Below are positions 9,553 to 22,258 of a stretch of DNA of 64,000 nt, piece after piece. A model generated the notes under the pieces. The model worked only from the letters and a program-made list of their open reading frames with translations. It was not told the DNA's origin and made no database searches. Within the stretch, counting starts at the first letter, position 1, and each line of letters begins with the position of its first letter. The DNA is from an uncultured delta proteobacterium. Its GTDB lineage: Bacteria; Desulfobacterota; Binatia; Bin18. Both the position numbers and the translations under genes were made by a program. The stretch covers positions 128,001 through 192,000 of the forward strand of contig CAVTCR010000081.1 of assembly GCA_963733195.1 (NCBI GenBank), read 5' to 3'.

Positions 9553-10630
9553 AGAAGCGACAGGACCTTTCCCAGCGGAAGGTTGTGTCTGCCTCCCTGG
9601 AAGCCTCGTTCGCTGAAGTTGTGGATCTCATCCAGCAGGCGCGGCAACATGCGTTGCAGGCCGTTAACACTGAGCTGATTGATTTGTACTGGCAGATTGG
9701 TGAATACATCAGCCGGCAAACTAGAGAACTGCAATCTGGGGTGAAGGCGTGGTTGAGCAACTGGCGCGCCACATTGCTCGAAAACATCCTGACATCAAAG
9801 GATTCACTCGCCGTAACCTGTTTCGGATGCGCCAGTTCTACGAGATATATCGAAGCGATAAGAAAGTCTCACCACTGGTGCGACAATTGTCGTGGACCCA
9901 TAATTTGCTCATTCTTTAGTCGTGCTAAACGCTCCGAGGAACGTGACGTTTTATTGCGTTTGTGTCTGCGTGAAGCATTGGAGTAACGTGAACTTGAACG
10001 CCGGTTAGCAGTGCATCTGTTCGAGCGTACCGTCCTTGCGCCGCTAAAAGTGTCACCACCGGTGGCACAATTGCACCCTGACGCAACGTGCTTTTCAAGG
10101 ATACCTATCTCCTCGATTTCCTCGACTTGCCTGAGAAGCACGATGAGGCTGATTGCAACATGCCCTAGCCGCGAACCTGCGGCGGTTTCTCCTCGAACTT
10201 GGTCGTGATTTTTCCTTTGTCGGCGAACAAATATCTCGCTGTAGGTCGGCGGCAAAGACTACACCTGGATTTGCTCTTCTATCATCGGAGTTGCAATGTC
10301 TGGTCGCGATCGAACTGAAAATCGGTGAATTTCAGCCCGAATACCTTGGCAAGTTGGAGTTCTATTTTGAAGCCTTGGACCGCGATGTACGCAAGCCTCA
10401 CGAGCGCCCGTCTATCGGCGTGCTGCTGTGTGCCACGAAGAACAATGAGGTCGTCGAATACGCTCTGAGTCCGTTCTCTATCGCCCACACTCATTGCCGA
10501 GTATCAAACCCAGTTCGCCCGACAAAAAGCTGCTCCAGACAAACCCACGAGTTCTATGAACTTGCCCAGTCATCTGGAGAACAATCAGTGAGACAGTACC
10601 GAGCGAAGCCGCACGTTGTCTTCTCGCACG
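9549..10630 (+). pseudogene. YhcG/DUF1016 PD-(D/E)XK nuclease-like gene, multiple frameshifts
   Basis: AVNTELIDLYWQIG N-terminus; FLLELGRDFSFVG, LVAIELKIGEFQPEYLGKLEFY, ERPSIGVLLC pieces in different frames; end approximate. Confidence 0.8.
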
Positions 10631-10647
10631 ATGAAAGGGAAGCGTGC

Positions 10648-12088
10648 ATGAAGCTCAAGCCCTATCCTGAGTACAAGGATTCCGGCGTGCCGTGGTTGGG
10701 GAAGGTGCCGGAGCATTGGGAGAGTACGAAGCGGATGAAGACGGTCTTTGTGTGACAGCTCGGACGAACGTCGCTGGCTCGATGGCATCTTTCTGTCGTT
10801 CGCGGAAGGGTCTCATTGCGTCCACTATGAGAGACGAAGAGAATCACAAGTTGCATGATGATCTCAGCGGCTACAAAGTTGTTCGTCCTGGGAATTTGGT
10901 CGTTAATAAGATGAAGGCATGGCAGGATCACTCGGCGTGTACGAGCTCGATGGCATAGTCAGCCCTGCATATGTTTGTCTACGACTTCCGGGTAGCTAAT
11001 CTCCACTTAGGGCCATGTCTTTTCACGCAGCCTCTACGTTGCTGACCATTTGCAGAGTTCTCGAAGGTGTACGGATTTGGACAATGGGCTTCGTCATATT
11101 GACGGCATGAAGCGATTCCAATCGTTCTCCCATCGTCAAATGAACAATCCGCCATCGTCCGCTACCTTGACCATATTGACCGACGCATACAGCGTTACAT
11201 CCGCGCCAAGCGGCGGTTGATAGCACTGCTCAATGAGCAGAAACAGGCCATCATTCACCGCGCCGTGACTCGCGGTCTCGATCCCAACGTGCGTCTCAAG
11301 CCTTCGGGTGTAGAATGGCTCGGTGACGTGCCGGAGCATTGGGAGGTGCGGCCACTAAGTCGCTTGTCACGAAGGGTCAGCTGGTTCGACATCTCCGAAG
11401 GCAATGTACTACACTGGCAGGATGGTCGATTTCCTATGGTTACAGCTGAAGATGTGAACCGGATGACTTAATGATAGCGTGACATATGACATACTTCGGA
11501 AGATACGATTGCTGAGATGTCCGTGCATCCGTGTATTGCCGAGGAGTGTTCTTGCTGCATTGTCATGGCAAAACGGTTCGGTGTGAGGCTCTACTATTAG
11601 ATCAGAAAGCGTTAACCAGGGATCGTAGCGTTACTTGCCCGCAACCGAACTGCTTACCGAATTCATTCACGATGCGCAGCTCTGATCGTCCTACTCATGA
11701 CAGGCTGCGAGCTTATGCGAGAGTGCTAAGGGTACCACCATGAGCGTATTGAACCTGCGAGAGACTTGGCGAATTGCATCGCATTCTCCTGCCACCAGAA
11801 GACGAGCAGGATGCGATTTGCGATTACTTGATCGAAGACAACGAATACAAGCTTGTCACTGCGATCACTGCGTGCCCAGCGCGAAATCGATCTTCTCCGC
11901 GAGTACCGCACTCGCTTGATCGCCGACGTAGTCACAGGCAAATTGGACGTATGTGAAGCAGCAGCAACCTACCTGACGAAACCAATGAGCGAGAGGAGTT
12001 TGACGGAGCTGAGGTAGTAGCAGACGGTGATGAGATAGCAGAAGACGCCGAAATCGATGCCATAGAGGAAGTGAGTGATGTTGCATGA
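10648..12088 (+). pseudogene. hsdS: Type I R-M specificity subunit, many frameshifts (possibly sequencing errors)
   Basis: MKLKPYPEYKDSGVPWLGKVPEHW start, central ALLNEQKQAIIHRAVTRGLDPNVRLKPSGVEWLGDVPEHW, terminal REYRTRLIADVVTGKLDV. Confidence 0.85.
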
Positions 12089-12107
12089 GAATAGCTGGCT
12101 ACGGAGT

Positions 12108-12765
12108 ATGAGCGTGCATGCGCTAGTATTCGACCAGCCCCAAAATCTATCACATCACGCATGTGGACAACCTGCCATCTATCATTGCTGCTGATGGTAT
12201 CGGTTCGGATGCCCAACGAATCCGGCAAGGATTGGTGAACACCAATATCGGTATGTCGGAGATCAAAAGAAGAAGGTTGGCGTTGGTAGTCGGTTGCTGT
12301 CCGGGTACTACCGTTGGCGAATATGTGCCATTTTACTTCTGTCCACGCTCAATCATGTTGTTCCTCATTCATCGCGGAAATCATCCAGACCTACCTTATC
12401 GCGGAGGGCAACGACCGATCGTACATCTCGAAGCGGATCTCAACAGGGTGGTGCAGTGGGCTGAGGCTAATAATCGGCAATGGGCATTCAGCAAGAGCAA
12501 CGCTGGAGCCTATTACACAAAGTTCTTCAACCGACTCGACCAACTCGATGAGATTGACTGGGCAGCGGTGACTGCCCTAGACTTTCGCGACTCGATGGTA
12601 AAAGAAGGGAAGCAGGCGGAGTTTCTCGTATTTGATGACTTTCCCTGGCATCTCATTGAGCAGATTGGTGTGATTGATCAGCGAATGGCGGAACAGGTTG
12701 TTCCTCTGGTGAGCCAAGCGGCGTACCAACCTACCGTAAGCGTTCAACGAGTTTGGTACTATTGA
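12108..12765 (+). CDS. darT: DarT DNA ADP-ribosyltransferase toxin (DUF4433); 5' end has an apparent indel
   Basis: PKIYHITHVDNLPSI (from 12139), YVPFYFCPRSIML, KQAEFLV catalytic Glu motif. Confidence 0.9.
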
Positions 12766-12779
12766 GCGCCATAGGGGTC

Positions 12780-13831
12780 ATGGCCATGATTGAACTGAAA
12801 CACGACGATATTGTGACCGCGGATGCTGAAGCCTTGGTCAATACGGTGAACTGTGTTGGTGTGATGGGTCGTGGCATCGCCTTGCAATTTCGCAAAGCCT
12901 TCCCCGAGAATTTCACCGCCTACAAAATTGTCTGTGATCGCGGCGAACTCCGCCCAGGCCAGTTGTTTGTGTATGTGCAAGACCAACTGACCAACCCACG
13001 TTACATCATCAACTTTGCCACCAAAGATCATTGGAAAGGGAAGAGTCACCTCGATTACATCGACTCAGGGTTGAAAGCGCTCGTGCAAGAAGTGCGACAA
13101 CGAGGAATTCGTTCGATCGCGATTCCACCATTAGGTTGTGGTTTAGGAGGCCTTAGATGGAGTGACGTACGCCCGCGTATCGAGCATGCATTCAGTGTGC
13201 TGCCTAAGGTTCAGGTTCTGTTATATGAGCCGGACGGTGCGCCACAGGCTTCGGTCATGGCAAAAACACAGCAAGTCCCAAAATGACTGTTGGGCGAGCC
13301 GCTTTGTTGGGGTTAATGAATCAATATCTGGCCGCGCTGATGGACCCTTTCGTTTCCTTGTTAGAGATCCATAAGCTCATGTACTTCATGCAGGAAGCAG
13401 GAGAAAACCTCAAGCTACAGTACCGTAAGGGAACCTACGGTCCATACGCAGAAAATCTGCGACATGTCTTGAACGTCATTGAAGGACACTTCATCCGTGG
13501 ATACGGCGATGCAGAAGATGCTCCGGGTACCCAGATCGAATTAGTCCCAGACGCAGTCAGCCAAGCTCAGGCTTTTCTCCAGCATCATGCAGATACCCGT
13601 GCGCGTTTTGATCGGGTCGCCCATCTTGTTGAAGGATTCGAGACGTCCTTTGGTATGGAGCTACTCGCTACAGTCCACTGGGTTGCAACGCGTGAGGAGA
13701 GTGTTTCCATAGACGAGGCTATCGAGAAAACCTATGCGTGGAACAGCCGGAAACGTATGTTTGATCCGGCGCAGATTCGCATTGCTTGGGAAGTCCTCCA
13801 CCAGAAAGGATGGCTGTCCAAGGGGGCGTAA
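12780..13831 (+). CDS. darG: DarG macrodomain antitoxin, split by a 1-nt frameshift near 13283
   Basis: Macrodomain ALVNTVNCVGVMGRGIALQF, IINFATK, SIAIPPLGCGLGGL; C-domain LLEIHKLMYFMQ, YGPYA, GFETSFGMELLATVHW. Confidence 0.9.
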
Positions 13832-13840
13832 AGAAAAGCA

Positions 13841-16833
13841 ATGCCGACGACCGACACCACGAGAAAGGACTCGAAAATCTCATCGTGACCGCGATGACAG
13901 GCCGTCCGACACCGGAGCCGACAGCGAATGATGTCGTGCGCGACGTGACGCTTCCCCTTGGCAGGGCAGTCTGGATTCTTGGCGACCCGAAAAACTACGA
14001 CCGTGAATATGCGGTAGACCTCCTGCAACTGCGCGTTTTTCTGTTGGCAACGCAGAAGGACACCGCCGAAGCGCTTGACCTCAACCATGCCAGCCCCATT
14101 CGGCAGAAATTTCTCGCTCGTCTCCAGGGTGAGATTACCAAACGTGGCGTCATCGACGTTTTGCGTCACGGCATCAAACACGGGCCGCATCACCTTGACC
14201 TCTTCTACGGCACGCCCTCGCCCGGCAATGTGAAAGCTGCCGAGCGCTTCGCAGCCAATCGCTTCAGTATCACCCGACAATTACGCTACAGCCGCGATGA
14301 AACACAACTCGCGCTTGACCTCTGCCTTTTCATCAACGGGTTGCCCATTGCCACCTTCGAGTTGAAGAATAGCTTGACCAAGCAGACCGTCGAGGATGCG
14401 GTGGAGCAGTACAAACGCGACCGCGACCCACGCGAACTGCTCTTTCAGTTCGGGCGCTGCATCGTGCATTTTGCCGTGGATGACCACGAGGTGCGCATGT
14501 GCACCCACCTCCAAGGCAAGGGCTCGTGGTTCTTGCCCTTCAATCAAGGCTGGAATGACGGCGCGGGCAACCCGCCCAATCCAGAAGGGCTCAAAACCGA
14601 TTATCTCTGGAAGCGTATGCTCACGCCGCAGGGACTCACCGACATTCTGGAGAACTACGCACAGATTGTTGAGCGGAAAGACAAGAAGACCGGCAGAAAG
14701 AAGCGGGAACAGATCTTCCCACGGTATCACCAACTCGACGTTGTACGACGGTTGCTGGCTGACGCCGCGCGCAACGAGGGCGGGCGACGATACTTGATCC
14801 AGCACTCGGCAGGCAGCGGCAAGTCCAATTCGATAGCCTGGCTTGCGCATCAGCTTATTGGCTTGCGCCAGGACGATGCGCCAGTGTTCGACTCGATCAT
14901 CGTTGTCACGGACCGCACCATCCTGGATGAACAGATTCGTGACACGATCAGGCAATTTGCCCAGGTAGGGGCAACGGTTGGCCATGCCGCGCATTCAGGT
15001 GACCTGCGGAAGTTCATCGAGAGCGGCAAGAAGATCATCATCAGTACCGTGCAAAAGTTCCCGTTCATTCTCGACGAGATCGGCACCGAGCATCGTGGGC
15101 GCAGGTTCGCTATCCTCATCGACGAAGCGCATTCGAGCCAGGGCGGACGCACCTCGGCAGCGATGAGCATGGCGCTTTCAGAGGCGGGCGCGGAAGAAGA
15201 CGACGAGACTACTGAGGACCGTATCAATCGCATGATGGAAGCCCGGAAGATGCTGCCCAACGCCAGCTACTTCGCCTTCACGGCGACCCCGAAGGGTAAG
15301 ACGCTAGAGATCTTCGGCGAGGCGTATCACGAGGGCGTTCAGGTGAAGCATCGTCCCTTTCACAGCTACACGATGAAACAAGCGATTCAGGAAGGCTTCA
15401 TCCTGGACGTACTGAAGAGCTACACCCCGGTCGAGAGCTACTACAAGTTAGTGAAAACGATCGAAGGCGATCCCGAGTTTGATACCAAACGGGCAAAGAA
15501 AAAGTTGCGCCGCTACGTCGAGAGCCACGACCACGCCATCCGGCTGAAGGCCGAGATCATGGTGGATCACTTTCACGAGCAGGTGCTGGCGCTGAACAAG
15601 ATCGGTGGGCAGGCACGGGCAATGGTCGTGACCAGCGGCATCGAGCGCGCAATCCAGTATTTTCACGCCATCCGTGAGTACCTGAAGGACCGCAAGAGCC
15701 CGTATCAGGCCATTGTCGCTTTCTCCGGTGAACATGAGTATGGCGGAGTAAAGGTCACCGAGGCATCGCTGAACGGCTTTCCCAGCAGCCAGATTGCCGA
15801 CCGCATCCAGGAGGACCCTTACCGTTTTCTCATCTGTGCTGACAAGTTCCAAACCGGCTACGATGAGCCACTGCTGCACACGATGTATGTGGACAAGCCG
15901 TTAGCAGGTATCAAGGCCGTGCAGACGCTCTCACGGCTCAATCGTGCCCATCCCCAGAAACACGATGTGTTCGTGCTCGACTTCATGAACGATAGCAAGA
16001 CGATCGAGGCGGCGTTCGCCGACTACTATCGCACTACCATCCTCAGCGAAGAGACCGACCCGAACAAACTGCACGACCTCAAAGCAACACTTGACGGATA
16101 TCAGGTCTACACGCCCGCGCAGATCGACCAGTTTGTCGACCTCTACCTCGGTGGTGCTGACCGCGACAGACTTGATCCGATCCTGGATGCTTGTGTGGCA
16201 GTCTACATCGAACAACTCGACGAAGACGGACAGGTGGATTTTAAGGGTACGGCCAAGGCGTTCACGCGCACCTATGGATTCCTCGCGTCGATCTTGCCCT
16301 ACACCAACGCCGAGTGGGAGAAGCTGTCGATCTTTCTTACCTTCCTCGTTTCAAAGCTGCCCGCACCGAAGGAAGAAGACCTGTCCAAGGGTATTCTTGA
16401 AGCAATTGACATGGACAGTTACCGCGTTGAGAAGAAAGCGGCAATGCAGATTGCACTGCCAGATCAGGACGCTGAGATCGCGCCAGCGCCGACCACCGGT
16501 GGCGGCTCCAAAGGCGATCCTGAGTTGGACCGGCTCTCTAACATTCTCAAGACCTTCAACGACCAATTCGGCAACGTTTCATGGACTGACACTGACCGGG
16601 TTCACAAATTGATTACACAGGATATTCCGGCAAAGGTCGCCGCCGACTCGGCGTACCAGAACGCCAAGATACATTCTGACCGTCAGAACGCCCGTATCGA
16701 GCATGATAAAGCGTTGGCGCGAGTAATGACCGGCGTCCTGAAGGACGACACGGAACTCTTCAAACAGTTCAGCGACAATGAGTCCTTCCGGCGCTGGCTC
16801 ACAGACACCATCTTCGCACTGACGTATGAGTAG
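13841..16833 (+). CDS. hsdR: Type I restriction endonuclease subunit R (likely 1-nt indel after MPTTDT start)
   Basis: DLCLFINGLPIATFELKN nuclease motif, QHSAGSGKS, IDEAHSSQ, FTATPK, KFQTGYDEP, QTLSRLNR. Confidence 0.93.
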
Positions 16834-16880
16834 TGGGTTCTGTGAGGCCAGAGCAGATGGGCGAAGAAGAAAGGTGACAT

Positions 16881-17662
16881 ATGACAACAAACAATCGCAT
16901 TGATGTCTATCTGATTTGTAACGCAAGATTTCACGATACCAACTTTGCCCGGCTGGAGTTGTTAAAACTCTTGGCTGAGCACGAGGATGTGATGGTGCGA
17001 GTGGCAGAGGATTATCGCGACTATCGAAGCGATCAACCAATCTCAACTCTTAGTGACCTACACATGCAATGTCTGTCCGACACCAGAGCAACAGGAAGGG
17101 TTGAAGCAATTCCTGACCAGCGGCAAGCGCTGGTTTGCGCTGCATGCCACCAATGCATTGGTTGAGTTTGTTGGGCCAGAGCGGAAAGTTGGTGACATTA
17201 CCATTCCCGGTGCAGCCGATACACCTAACAAGGCTCCCAAGCTAATGGAGTTGCTCGGTAGCCGTTTTGTTGCCCATCCACCGCAGCAAAACTTTCATGT
17301 GACGGTGTCAGACCCGGCGCATCCGTTGGTGCGCGGTATTGCAAGCGTTCGATGTGTACGACGAGCCGTACTACTGCGAGTATTTCGGCAAAGTTCACAC
17401 CTTGTTGGAGTCGCGTTACACAACCAAGGCCACAGGCTACGTCCGTGAAGACTGGGACAAAGACGAACCGCGACCGCAGTTCTATCTTCATCCTTACGGT
17501 ACAGGCGAGGTCTTGTATCTGACACTTGGGCACTGTCGCGGTAAATACGATATGCAGCCGATTATGCCTGTGTGTTCGGTTGAACGCTGTGCGTGGGACT
17601 TGCCGGTCTACTATGAGTTGCTACGACGCGGCATCCGGTGGGGTATCGGAGCGTTGCAGTAA
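16881..17662 (+). pseudogene. ThuA-like (class I glutamine amidotransferase-like) protein, two frameshifts
   Basis: HDTNFARLELL, FALHAT, LGSRFVAHPP, DEPYY, GEVLYLTLGH across three frames. Confidence 0.7.
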
Positions 17663-17735
17663 GGGTAAGTTCCTTGGTGCATCGCATCGCGGTTTCTGCT
17701 ACGAGAGTGAGCAACTCATCGAAGGAGGGAACGCG

Positions 17736-19186
17736 ATGGCTGATGAACTTGCTGCTCTCGATGCGATGGCGCAGGCCGATCTGGTGCGTCGTGGGGAACT
17801 GAAACCCATCGAACTTATTGACCGGGCGATTGCGCGGATCGAAAAACTTAATCCGCAAATCAATGCGGTTATTACCCCACTGTTTGACAAAGCACGAGTA
17901 CAGGCCAATTCGCCAACACTGTCCAACGGCTCGTTTCGTGGCGTTCCGTTTCTGTTGAAAGATCTTGGCTGTCATTCGGCTGGAGACCCGTATCACGAAG
18001 GCTGTCGGTTCGCCAAAAACGCTGGCTGGGTAGAAAAAGAAGATACCTACATGGCTGCGAAGCTACGCGCCGCTGGCTTCATCTTCTTAGGGAAAACTAA
18101 TACGCCAGAATTTGGTACGTTTCCGACGACTGAACCGGTTGCCTATGGTCCGAGCAGAAATCCATGGGACACCACGCGTTCAACTGGTGGATCAAGCGGT
18201 GGATCTGGTGCTGCTGTTGCTTCAGGAATGGTCCCCGCTGCGCATGCCAACGATGGTGGCGGTTCGATCCGCATTCCAGCGAGTGAATGTGGTCTCGTCG
18301 GACTCAAACCCTCGCGTGGTCGTTTGTCTTGGGGGCCTGACTACGGTGAGTTGTGGGCTGGCTTGGCGGTTGAACACGTTGTGAGTCGTTCGGTACGGGA
18401 CTCAGCAGCAATCCTCGATGTTGTTTCTGGTGCGATGCCTGGCGATCCTTACTTTGCCCCGCCACCATCTCGACCCTTCTTACAAGAAGTGGGAGCAGAA
18501 CCCGGTAAATTACGCATTGGTCTCATGAAGACCGCGGCTGGTGGAGCAATTTCTGTCCACCCTGATTGCGTAGCAGCGGTGACTGAAACCGCCCGCCTGC
18601 TAGAATCTCTTGGCCATCGTGTCGAGGAATCGTATCCAAAAGCGCTCGACAATAATCACGAGCGATTCTCATCACGTGTGGACCTTGGTGGCGAGCTCGG
18701 TAGCGGCAGTCCTTGCGGGCTGGAGCAAGCGGGTTGGTCGCCCGGTTGGACCTGACGATGTGGAGTTGCACAACTGGACGATTGGCGAGATCGGGCGCAC
18801 TCAGTACCGCAGCGCAGTATGTTGAAGCAGTCACCTGGCTCCAGGCAGATAGCCGACGCATTGTGAGCTGGTGGAATGAAGGATTTGACCTCTTGCTGAC
18901 ACCAACGCTTGCTGAACCGCCGCCACTGTTGGGACAGTTTGTCTCTACTCCGAGTGATCCACTCGCAGCCGCGCGACGAACCGAAACGATCATTCCCTTC
19001 ACTCCAGCTTTCAATCAAACAGGTCAACCGGCGATTTCACTCCCGCTGTATTGGAGCAAGGAAGGATTGCCGATCGGGATTCACCTGGTAGCTGCGTACG
19101 GGCGTGAAGATTTACTGATTCGTATCGCCTCACAGCTTGAGCAAGCCAGGCCGTGGGCGGATCGACGACCGGCGGTGCATGCATGA
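17736..19186 (+). pseudogene. Amidase signature family enzyme, frameshifted at about 18650-18810
   Basis: [52 protein letters not shown]. Confidence 0.85.
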
Positions 19187-19572
19187 GCGCGAAGAAGAAC
19201 CGTAAGATGAGGGTGTCAAGAAGTGATCCAATAGTACCTATACAGAAACGCACAGCTGATCGCAGTGTCACTGTTGCTAATTGGGAACGAATAGCGGCAA
19301 TGGATGAGTTCAAAGTACTTGTCGCTGCGAAACTCAAGTTTATTGTCCCCGCGACTGTCTTCTTTCTCGTGTATTACTTCGCATTGCCAGTACTGGTGGG
19401 TTACGCACCGCGTCTTATGGAGACGAAAGTCCTGGGTGTAGTAAACCTTGCCTACGTATTTGCCCTGTCGCAGTTCTTCATGGCGTGGATTTTGGCAGCG
19501 ATGTATCTGCGTGCCGCAGGACGGTTTGACGAGATGGCAAAAGATGTGGTGGATAAGATCAAACGACGATGA
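19183..19572 (+). CDS. DUF485 (YjcH-like) small membrane protein
   Basis: Two TM segments, ALSQF, Y..AA..FD; canonical partner upstream of actP. Confidence 0.85.
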   Translation: MSAKKNRKMRVSRSDPIVPIQKRTADRSVTVANWERIAAMDEFKVLVAAKLKFIVPATVFFLVYYFALPVLVGYAPRLMETKVLGVVNLAYVFALSQFFMAWILAAMYLRAAGRFDEMAKDVVDKIKRR

Positions 19573-19573
19573 G

Positions 19574-19676
19574 AGGGGAAACGGCGAAATGGGAGAAAAG
19601 TAAAAAGTAGTCAGTAGAAAAAAGGCTTTGGACTTTGAACTTGGAACGTTAAACCAGAAACTAGAAACTTGAAGTT
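19574..19676 (+). repeat. Composite octamer/heptamer arrays between DUF485 and actP
   Basis: gggaaacg gcgaaatg; agtagtcagtag; ctttgga ctttgaa cttggaa cgttaaa ccagaaa ctagaaa cttgaag. Confidence 0.8.
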
Positions 19677-21236
19677 ATGTCTACTGCGCTCATAATGTTT
19701 CTTGCTTTCATCGCGGTGACTTTGGGCATCACCTACTGGTCAGCACGGCAGTCAACGGGGGCCAACTCGTTTTTTGCTGCCGGTCGCCGTATGACGGCAT
19801 GGCAGAACGGCGTGGCAGTTGCTGGGGATTATATGAGCGCGGCGTCGTTTCTTGGCATCGCCGGTATCATTGCCTTCCAGGGCTACGACGGGTTTATGTA
19901 TTCAGTCGGCTGGTTAGTTGCCTATCTCACTGTTCTCCTCATCGTTGCTGAACCGTTGCGCAATACGGGAAAGTATACGATGGCTGATGTGTTGGCGTAT
20001 CGCTTGAGCCCGCGTCCAGTCCGAGCAATGGCTGCGCTCAGCACACTGACTGTGAGTACGTTCTACATGATCGCCCAGATGGTTGGCGCTGGTGCGCTCG
20101 TTGCTCTGCTTCTGAAGGATTCTGGCATCAGCTATCAGACTGCGGTCATCGGTGTGGGCGTGCTCATGGTCACCTATGTCGTTTTTGGTGGCATGTTAGC
20201 GACGACGTGGGTACAAATTATTAAAGCGATTCTGTTAATGGCTGGTACGGTACTCTTGAGCATCCTGGTTCTTGCTCACTTCGACTTCAGCTTTAGTAAA
20301 TTTTTCAATGCCATTACGCAGGTCACGTATACCGAGAACGGCGTACAAGTGACTAAAGACTTTCTCCAACCAGGACTGCGGTTCAAACCACCGTACGGAG
20401 CGCTCGACCTGATCTCCCTGAGTTTGGCTTTGATCTTTGGCACCGCTGGATTGCCGCACATTCTGGTACGGTTTTATACCGTGCCGGACGCGAAGACCGC
20501 GCGAATTAGTGTCGTTTGGGCGATGGCGCTGATCGGTAGCTTCTACATCATGACCACGTTTCTCGGATTTGGTGCGGCGACGATCGTCGGACGTGACACG
20601 ATTGCTGCGAACGGCGGTACCAACATGAGTGCACCGTTACTCGCGCAGACGTTGGGTGGGGATGTGTTTTTTGCTTTTGTCGCGGCGATTGCCTTTGCGA
20701 CCATTCTTGCCGTCGTTGCTGGTCTTACTATTAGTGCTTCCACTTCTTTTGCCCACGACTTTTACACGAACGTCCTCCATCATGGCAAAGAACGCAGTCC
20801 AGGCGAAGAGGTTCGTGTCGCGCGAATTACGGCATTCGTCGTCGGTGCGGTCGCTATCGCGATTGCCATTCTCCTTGGACCTGCTGCCAACGTTGCGTTC
20901 TTGGTCGCCCTGGCGTTTGCTGTAGCTGCGTCTGCGAATCTCCCAGTCATCATCCTCTCGCTCTTCTGGAAACGATTTACCACCGCAGGTGCAGTGAGTG
21001 GGTTAGCGACCGGACTTGTAGCGTCGATTGTTTTGATCCTAATCGGTCCGAGTATTATGAAGAGTGGCCCATTGTTTCCGTTAGAGAATCCAGGGATTGT
21101 CAGTATTCCGCTTGGGTTTCTTGGTGCGGTGGTTGGTACGTTGCTGAGTCGTGAACCAGCAACTGAGGAAAAATTCGCTGAACTTATCGTCCGGGCGAAT
21201 ACGGGTTTGGGGGCGGAGAAAGCGACGGAACACTAA
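19677..21236 (+). CDS. actP: Cation/acetate symporter (SSS family)
   Basis: [60 protein letters not shown]. Confidence 0.93.
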   Translation: MSTALIMFLAFIAVTLGITYWSARQSTGANSFFAAGRRMTAWQNGVAVAGDYMSAASFLGIAGIIAFQGYDGFMYSVGWLVAYLTVLLIVAEPLRNTGKYTMADVLAYRLSPRPVRAMAALSTLTVSTFYMIAQMVGAGALVALLLKDSGISYQTAVIGVGVLMVTYVVFGGMLATTWVQIIKAILLMAGTVLLSILVLAHFDFSFSKFFNAITQVTYTENGVQVTKDFLQPGLRFKPPYGALDLISLSLALIFGTAGLPHILVRFYTVPDAKTARISVVWAMALIGSFYIMTTFLGFGAATIVGRDTIAANGGTNMSAPLLAQTLGGDVFFAFVAAIAFATILAVVAGLTISASTSFAHDFYTNVLHHGKERSPGEEVRVARITAFVVGAVAIAIAILLGPAANVAFLVALAFAVAASANLPVIILSLFWKRFTTAGAVSGLATGLVASIVLILIGPSIMKSGPLFPLENPGIVSIPLGFLGAVVGTLLSREPATEEKFAELIVRANTGLGAEKATEH

Positions 21237-21347
21237 AACGTGATCATGGTGCGTGAAGCATAATGCGTGAAACGTAAAACGTGAGACGTAGGAGGAGGGC
21301 AAGAATGCCTTCTACTGACTACTGAATGCTGACTACCGACTACTGTT
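21234..21347 (+). repeat. Heptamer arrays between actP and maoC
   Basis: tgaagca taatgcg tgaaacg taaaacg tgagacg; tactgac tactgaa tgctgac taccgac tactgtt. Confidence 0.85.
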
Positions 21348-21365
21348 CCCGTTAAGGAGGGACCT

Positions 21366-22247
21366 ATGCCGCTGAATTCATCTACTGTCGGTGCGACGGC
21401 GGAACCTATCGTTCATGATGTCGATGCCCGTTGGCTGATGGCCTATGCCGCCGGACTCGGGGATACGTTACCCTGCTATCTGGACACGTTACGCCCGCAA
21501 AGTATCATCGGTCATCCTTTGTTCCCGGTATGTATCGAGTGGCCAACCGTACTGGCCATGCGGGGACAAGCCGAGGGTGCGGGATTGTCCACTGACGAAG
21601 CCATCCGCTCAGTACATGCAACGCACGATGTGATTATTCATCGTAGTGTACGGCCCGGAGATCGTCTCACAACCCGTGCGACTATCGTTGGGGTTGAGCG
21701 GCGCAAACCGGGTGCGTTTCAGGTGATGCGGCTTGATACAGTCGATGCGAGTGGATCTCCCGTGTGTACTACCTGGCAAGGGGGCCTGTTTCGCGAGGTT
21801 GCCGTCGCCGGACCAGATCGTCCGGCGACGGAGATCCCGCCACTGCCGAACTTTGCTGCGACCGGTACGTCAATACGAGCAGAGGTACACATTCCCATCT
21901 CTGCCTTAGCGGCGCACGTATATACCGAATGTGCGCGAATTTGGAATCCGGTGCACACCGACACGGCGGTTGCTGATCGGGCTGGGTTGCCGGGGCTGAT
22001 TCTGCATGGAACGGCGACGTTAGCGCTGGCAGTCTCACAGATTGTCCACCTCGAAGCCGACAATGAACCTGGCACGAGTGCGACGCGTTCTGGCCGGTTT
22101 AACGCAATGGTATTGATGCCGTCGGAGATCACTGTCCGAATCGTGTCGCGTGAAAAATCTGCTGACGGTGATGTCGTGTATTTTGAGGTGCGCAACGCTG
22201 AGGGAGCACTAGCGGTTCGAGATGGCGCTATCGTGCTGCGTGGATGA
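21366..22247 (+). CDS. MaoC-family double hot-dog dehydratase
   Basis: VHATHDV, WNPVHTD...GLPGLILHG; SD aaggagg upstream. Confidence 0.8.
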   Translation: MPLNSSTVGATAEPIVHDVDARWLMAYAAGLGDTLPCYLDTLRPQSIIGHPLFPVCIEWPTVLAMRGQAEGAGLSTDEAIRSVHATHDVIIHRSVRPGDRLTTRATIVGVERRKPGAFQVMRLDTVDASGSPVCTTWQGGLFREVAVAGPDRPATEIPPLPNFAATGTSIRAEVHIPISALAAHVYTECARIWNPVHTDTAVADRAGLPGLILHGTATLALAVSQIVHLEADNEPGTSATRSGRFNAMVLMPSEITVRIVSREKSADGDVVYFEVRNAEGALAVRDGAIVLRG

Positions 22248-22258
22248 AGTTGGGGAAA

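Noticed and set aside
13283-13831. DarG C-terminal half as a separate gene (ATGA overlap)
   Set aside because: One extra A in cccaaaatgact fuses it as ...PKMTVGRAALL, the normal single-chain DarG, and the region is indel-rich
14281-14994. 237-aa minus-strand ORF and similar shadow ORFs opposite hsdM, lysS and gsp genes
   Set aside because: Antisense to well-supported genes, with no recognisable motifs
7561-16833. Prophage or integrative element
   Set aside because: No integrase, att repeats, tRNA or phage genes seen
16881-19186. Additional selenoproteins among the broken ORFs
   Set aside because: The breaks are frame changes, not in-frame UGA at Cys positions
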